64,000 nucleotides of DNA, from the NCBI GenBank assembly GCA_965261975.1, contig CBDHEC010000018.1:1-64000 (forward strand), in the 5' to 3' direction. A model generated the notes under the pieces. That model worked only from the letters and a program-made list of their open reading frames with translations. It made no database searches and was not told where the DNA came from. This DNA comes from Alphaproteobacteria bacterium (lineage in GTDB: Bacteria > Pseudomonadota > Alphaproteobacteria > UBA6615). The position numbers were made by a program, and so were the translations under genes. This document shows positions 59,758 through 64,000 of this stretch, piece by piece; position 1 is the first letter of the stretch; each line of letters opens with the position of its first letter.

Positions 59758-60738
59758 ATGAAAGCCGTTCAAATCCAGACCTATGGCGGGCCGGAAGTGG
59801 TCGACGTCATTGAAATCGACATACCGTCACCCGGCCCGGGCCAGGTGTTGGTGAAGGCACATACCTTCGGCTTGGGCTACCCCGACGTTTTGTTGCGGAC
59901 CGGCGTCTATAAATGGAAACCGTCCCTGCCCAGCATCCTCGGCAACGAGATGAGCGGGCATATCGAAGCGATTGGCGAGGGCGTCACGGGTCTCGAAATC
60001 GGCCAGCCTGTTCTCGTGTTCGGCACAGGCGGCGGACGACACGCGGAATACAACGCCGTGGACACCGCCCTTGTCACACCGCTACCCGATAGCGTCGACC
60101 TCGAGGCCGCAGTCAGCATCCCCAACTACCTCGTCGCCTGGGCCATTCTCCACGACGTGGCGCGCACCGAGGATGTGAAAACGATCTATGTGAACGGTGC
60201 CGCCGGTGGCATGGGCACGGCGATTCTCGACATGTGCCGAGACGCAGGCATCGCGACAATCGCGGGAGCAAGCACGGATGAAAAATGTGCCTTCGCAGCC
60301 GAACTGGGGACGCTAGGAACGGTCAATTACTCGACGGAGAATATCGTCGAGAAAGTGCGCGACATCACCGATGGCCGCGGCGTCGATTTGAGCTTCGACC
60401 AACTCGGCGGGCCGGACCTCGTGAACAATCTCGACATGCTCGCCCCCATGGGCATGGTCGTGCTCTACAACGCACTTGCAGGGGCGCCGGATGAAGACCT
60501 GTATGAGGGACTGCGCGCGCGCCGCGGCCTGAGCCTCGGCGTTCAGTGCTTTTCGCTGCACGTTTATGACGAACAACCGGAACGCAAGGCTGCAATCTTC
60601 GAAGCGCTGATCGCAAAGTTCGCCGTCGGCGCGTATGCGCCCCCGACCTTCGACCGGTTGCCCCTGAGCGAAGCGCGCCGGGCGCATGAACTCATGGATG
60701 ACCGTGCCATCCTGGGAAAGCTGCTGCTTAAACCCTGA
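59758..60738 (+). CDS. Quinone oxidoreductase (MDR family)
   Basis: MKAVQI..YGGPEV, GNEMSG, GAAGGMG and GKLLL motifs. Confidence 0.88.
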   Translation: MKAVQIQTYGGPEVVDVIEIDIPSPGPGQVLVKAHTFGLGYPDVLLRTGVYKWKPSLPSILGNEMSGHIEAIGEGVTGLEIGQPVLVFGTGGGRHAEYNAVDTALVTPLPDSVDLEAAVSIPNYLVAWAILHDVARTEDVKTIYVNGAAGGMGTAILDMCRDAGIATIAGASTDEKCAFAAELGTLGTVNYSTENIVEKVRDITDGRGVDLSFDQLGGPDLVNNLDMLAPMGMVVLYNALAGAPDEDLYEGLRARRGLSLGVQCFSLHVYDEQPERKAAIFEALIAKFAVGAYAPPTFDRLPLSEARRAHELMDDRAILGKLLLKP

Positions 60739-60771
60739 TAAACGATGGCTGTTTCGCGGGAGCGAGGCAGA

Positions 60772-62688
60772 CTAGTCCGATGCGGATTGCCGAAGGTTAT
60801 TCTCGGGCACACCAATCGGGCGCACGCGTTCGGCCGGGAACCGGACTGTCACGATGGTTCCTTCGTTTACCCCGCTTTCGATCTCGACGTCGGCGTCGTG
60901 CATTTCTGCCATCGATTTAACCAGTGCCAACCCAAGCCCGGTTCCCTCGTATTTGCGATTCATGCCGCTGTCGACCTGAACGAAGGGCTGCATGATGCTC
61001 TCGAGTTGCTCGGGCGAGATGCCGATACCCGAATCCTTCACCTGGATCACGCAGTCACCGCTCTGGTCGAGCCCCGCACTCACGACGACTTCGCTTTTCT
61101 CGAACGAAAATTTGACCGCGTTGGAGAGAAGATTAAGCACGATCTGCCGGACGAGGCGTTCGTCGGCGTAAATCTGCGGGAAACCGTCGGGCACAACGAC
61201 AGTGATCCGCACATCATCGCCTTCACCGCGATCGGCCATCATTCGCGTGCAACTGTGCAGAATATCCTCGAGATCGACCTCGGCCTCCAGGAGTTCCATT
61301 TTACCGGCTTCAATTTTCGCCATGTCCAGAACATCATTGATGATATCCAGCAGATGGCGGCCCGAGCCATGGATGTCGCCCAGATACTCCATATATTGCT
61401 CGGCCCCGAGCGGCCCGTGAATCTGGTTCCGCATCAGCTCCGAGAAACCGATCACGGCATTGAGCGGTGTGCGCAGTTCATGGCTGATATTGGCCAGGAA
61501 ATCCGACTTGGCACGGTTTGCAGATTCGGCCTCCTCCTTCGCCGCGCGCAGGCCGGATTCGCGTTGCGAAAGCTGGTTGACCATGCGGTTGAAACTCTTC
61601 GCCAGAACACGCAATTCGCGTGGCGCATGTACCGGCAACTCAGCCACGCGTGTGTGCAATCCATCGGCGGCAACTTCACTCGCTGCCTTGGAAACCGACA
61701 CGATCGGCGCCGCCATATAGTTTGACAACAACCAGCCGATCACCGCCGCAGCCAAAATGCCGATGAGCGCCAGTGCGACCGCAATTCTGCGCACGCCGCT
61801 CGCCGTCTCCTCGAGTTCGCTGAAGGGCTGCGGCACCATGACCCCCCACCCGACGCCGGGAACAGATGTGTGGCCGGCAATCATGTCGGCCGCCATCGGC
61901 GGCGAATAGAATGTCGCGACACCTGTCTCGCCACGCATCATCTTCTGGACAACCGACAGGCCCGATGCGTCCTTCGACGTCGCTTCCCAATCCTTGTTCG
62001 GATGCGCCACAACCTGGCCCTTGCTGTCGACAATCATCGAATGGCCACGCTCACCGAACACAATCGCGGCCTGCACTTCGCGCAGGAACGCGGTCTCGAG
62101 TGCCCCGAGCGCCAGGATTCCGTCGTCGAAGACGCGCATAACAAAAAATATTGGCTCGCCATCCACGCGGATCAAACTCGATATGACGATCCCGTCGGGG
62201 TCCGCTTCGGCCATTTCTCGTAAGTTGGCGACATCTTCTCGGGCCATCGTCATGCCGTTCCGCATTTCAAGCGGCGGCATCACATAATTTTTCAGCTCGT
62301 TTGCGGGACCGACCAGCGCGACGTAGCGGAAGTTCAAAGTCCGCAGCAGCTGTTCGAAGCCTTTGAGTTCATAGGAATCATGGCCGTTATACGCGGCAAC
62401 GCGAAAAGCCTCTTGCACATCGGTCACGTAACGTTCGAGGACACCGCTCAGATTTCGCGCAATCAGGAGATGCTTCTCGGTGACCGATTCAACTTCCTTT
62501 TCCAGCGCGTTCGATTGCACCCAGCCCGCCAGCAGAAAAACCGGCACGGCCGAGATGAAAACCAGCGCGGTAAAGAGAATCAGTTGAACCCGATAGCCCT
62601 TGGCGATCCGTGACGCGAAACGACGCAGCGCACCCCGCGAGCGTTCACCCGCAGTTACCCCGTCCGCGCGGATATCGTCATTCGCCAT
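60772..62688 (-). CDS. Sensor histidine kinase (Cache + HAMP + HisKA + HATPase)
   Basis: Two TM segments, a Cache-like [40 protein letters not shown] and GTGLGL. Start uncertain. Confidence 0.92.
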   Translation of the reverse strand: MANDDIRADGVTAGERSRGALRRFASRIAKGYRVQLILFTALVFISAVPVFLLAGWVQSNALEKEVESVTEKHLLIARNLSGVLERYVTDVQEAFRVAAYNGHDSYELKGFEQLLRTLNFRYVALVGPANELKNYVMPPLEMRNGMTMAREDVANLREMAEADPDGIVISSLIRVDGEPIFFVMRVFDDGILALGALETAFLREVQAAIVFGERGHSMIVDSKGQVVAHPNKDWEATSKDASGLSVVQKMMRGETGVATFYSPPMAADMIAGHTSVPGVGWGVMVPQPFSELEETASGVRRIAVALALIGILAAAVIGWLLSNYMAAPIVSVSKAASEVAADGLHTRVAELPVHAPRELRVLAKSFNRMVNQLSQRESGLRAAKEEAESANRAKSDFLANISHELRTPLNAVIGFSELMRNQIHGPLGAEQYMEYLGDIHGSGRHLLDIINDVLDMAKIEAGKMELLEAEVDLEDILHSCTRMMADRGEGDDVRITVVVPDGFPQIYADERLVRQIVLNLLSNAVKFSFEKSEVVVSAGLDQSGDCVIQVKDSGIGISPEQLESIMQPFVQVDSGMNRKYEGTGLGLALVKSMAEMHDADVEIESGVNEGTIVTVRFPAERVRPIGVPENNLRQSASD

Positions 62689-62930
62689 ATGCTGTTTCAG
62701 CCCGCAGTTTAACCCCACGGCTAGACTGCCAGAATTCACTGCAAATGTCTGTTCCAACGCCTAAAAATTGATAAAGGCGGGCCAGAAAGCCCGGTCAACG
62801 GTCGTCTGTTGTGACACCGTGCCCGGGCGGCACATGTCATCTGACAGATCACTGGGTGTTTGGGATCGGTTCGACGACTAGCTTGCTCTCATAAACTTAA
62901 ACATCAGCTCCCCAGACTTGGAGAATCAAC

Positions 62931-63809
62931 ATGCACATCCGTGTGATTGGCATCGTAATGGCCGCGTTTGTCTTTTTCGCCGCCCCGTTCACCGCCACAC
63001 CCGCCACCGCCCAAGATAAGTTCGTCTTCACGGCCATCCCCGATCAGGACGAAACACGCCTGCGAACCCGGTTCGATAAGGTCGCCTTGTATCTGTCGGA
63101 AACCCTCGGAATCGACGCCGAATATGTTCCCGTCAAATCCTACGCTGCCGCCGTCACTGCCTTTCGCAATGATCAGGTTCAGCTCGCATGGTTCGGTGGC
63201 CTGTCCGGCGTGCAGGCACGCGGTGCGGTCGAGGGTTCACAAGCACTCGCCCAAGGCGCCGAAGACCTGGAATTCGTTACCTACTTTATCGCGCACACCA
63301 GCACCGGCCTGACGGAAAGCGCCGAATTTCCGAAATCAATTGCCGGGAAGACATTCACCTTCGGCTCGAAAGGCTCCACCTCCGGACGCCTGATGCCGGA
63401 GTTTCACATCCGCAACCAGTTCGGAAAAGCACCCGACGATGTGTTCTCGCGTGTCGGGTTCAGCGGCGATCATTCCCGCACGATTGCTTTGGTGCAATCG
63501 GGCGCGTTCGAGGTGGGCGCGCTGAGTTTCGCGGTCTGGGAGAGCGAATTGCGAGAGGGCCGGATCGACCCCGAGAAGGTGCGGGTCATTTGGCGAACAC
63601 CGACCTATCCGGACTATCAATGGTCGATCCGCGGCGACGTGGACCGAAAATTCGGACCGGCGTTTGCCGAGAAGGTGCGCAATGCATTGCTGGCGATCGA
63701 GGACCCCGCACTGCTTCAGGCGTTTCCGCGCTCGCGATTCATCCCCGCAACCAACGATGACTATGAACCGATCGTGCGGGTGGGCAAGGATATCGGCCTG
63801 ATCGACTGA
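62931..63809 (+). CDS. PhnD-like ABC substrate-binding protein (putative selenate-type)
   Basis: Signal peptide, [36 protein letters not shown] and TPTYPDYQW motifs. Confidence 0.82.
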   Translation: MHIRVIGIVMAAFVFFAAPFTATPATAQDKFVFTAIPDQDETRLRTRFDKVALYLSETLGIDAEYVPVKSYAAAVTAFRNDQVQLAWFGGLSGVQARGAVEGSQALAQGAEDLEFVTYFIAHTSTGLTESAEFPKSIAGKTFTFGSKGSTSGRLMPEFHIRNQFGKAPDDVFSRVGFSGDHSRTIALVQSGAFEVGALSFAVWESELREGRIDPEKVRVIWRTPTYPDYQWSIRGDVDRKFGPAFAEKVRNALLAIEDPALLQAFPRSRFIPATNDDYEPIVRVGKDIGLID

Positions 63810-64000
63810 TGCACGTCCTCGACCTGGCGGGTGTCCCCGCCGGCTATGCAGGCCGGCGGGTGCTCGAAGACATTCATCTGCATGTCGAACCCGGCGAACG
63901 GATCGCAATCGTCGGAGAGAGTGGTGCGGGCAAGACAACCCTGCTGCGCCTGATGCGCGAGCACTGCACCGCCCCGGCGGCGATCATCCCGCAGGATCTC
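63809..64000 (+). CDS. ABC transporter ATP-binding protein, 3' truncated by window edge
   Basis: TGATG overlap with the upstream gene. Reads MHVLDL...[13 protein letters not shown] (Walker A). Confidence 0.85.
   Translation, partial: MHVLDLAGVPAGYAGRRVLEDIHLHVEPGERIAIVGESGAGKTTLLRLMREHCTAPAAIIPQDL

Noticed and set aside
1-64000. CRISPR arrays, tRNA/rRNA, prophage, defence systems, selenocysteine read-through
   Set aside because: No spaced repeats, cloverleaf or rRNA signatures, phage or defence motifs, or in-frame TGA within conserved domains were seen by eye. Small ncRNAs could have been missed.

Overview
A GC-rich, gene-dense chromosomal segment that looks alphaproteobacterial (Rhodospirillales-like). 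That assignment is inferred from the smpB-dapA/slt layout, the M23-bactofilin pair, a PleC/DivJ-type kinase and a Cle-like response regulator. About 65 CDS can be supported. I saw no rRNA, tRNA, CRISPR array, integrase or transposase. Main blocks: (1) glutamine-synthetase-like and Fe-ADH pair, leucine dehydrogenase, and an Fe3+ ABC transporter with two Fur-type boxes; (2) Hpt protein plus a Cle-like CheY; (3) a LiuR-controlled leucine/isovalerate catabolic region with inserted extra genes (K+ channel, beta-carbonic anhydrase, tandem SDRs, RidA); (4) smpB, dapA, slt and lmdC/bactofilin-like genes; (5) a three-gene split-beta nitrile hydratase family operon with thiocyanate-hydrolase-like features, next to an unassigned 399-aa gene; (6) TetR with an extradiol dioxygenase, glnS, GTP-PEPCK and pyk; (7) a multi-rhodanese gene broken by a 1-nt frameshift, facing a cysteine-dioxygenase-like cupin; (8) duplicated alpha/beta hydrolases with a DapA-like aldolase, a CmcJ/NvfI-like oxygenase, pcaCHGB, TauD, a sensor kinase and the start of a PhnD-like (putative selenate) ABC transporter. 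The best candidate for an undescribed system is the thiocyanate-hydrolase-like operon. All calls come from reading motifs by eye; no database search was run.
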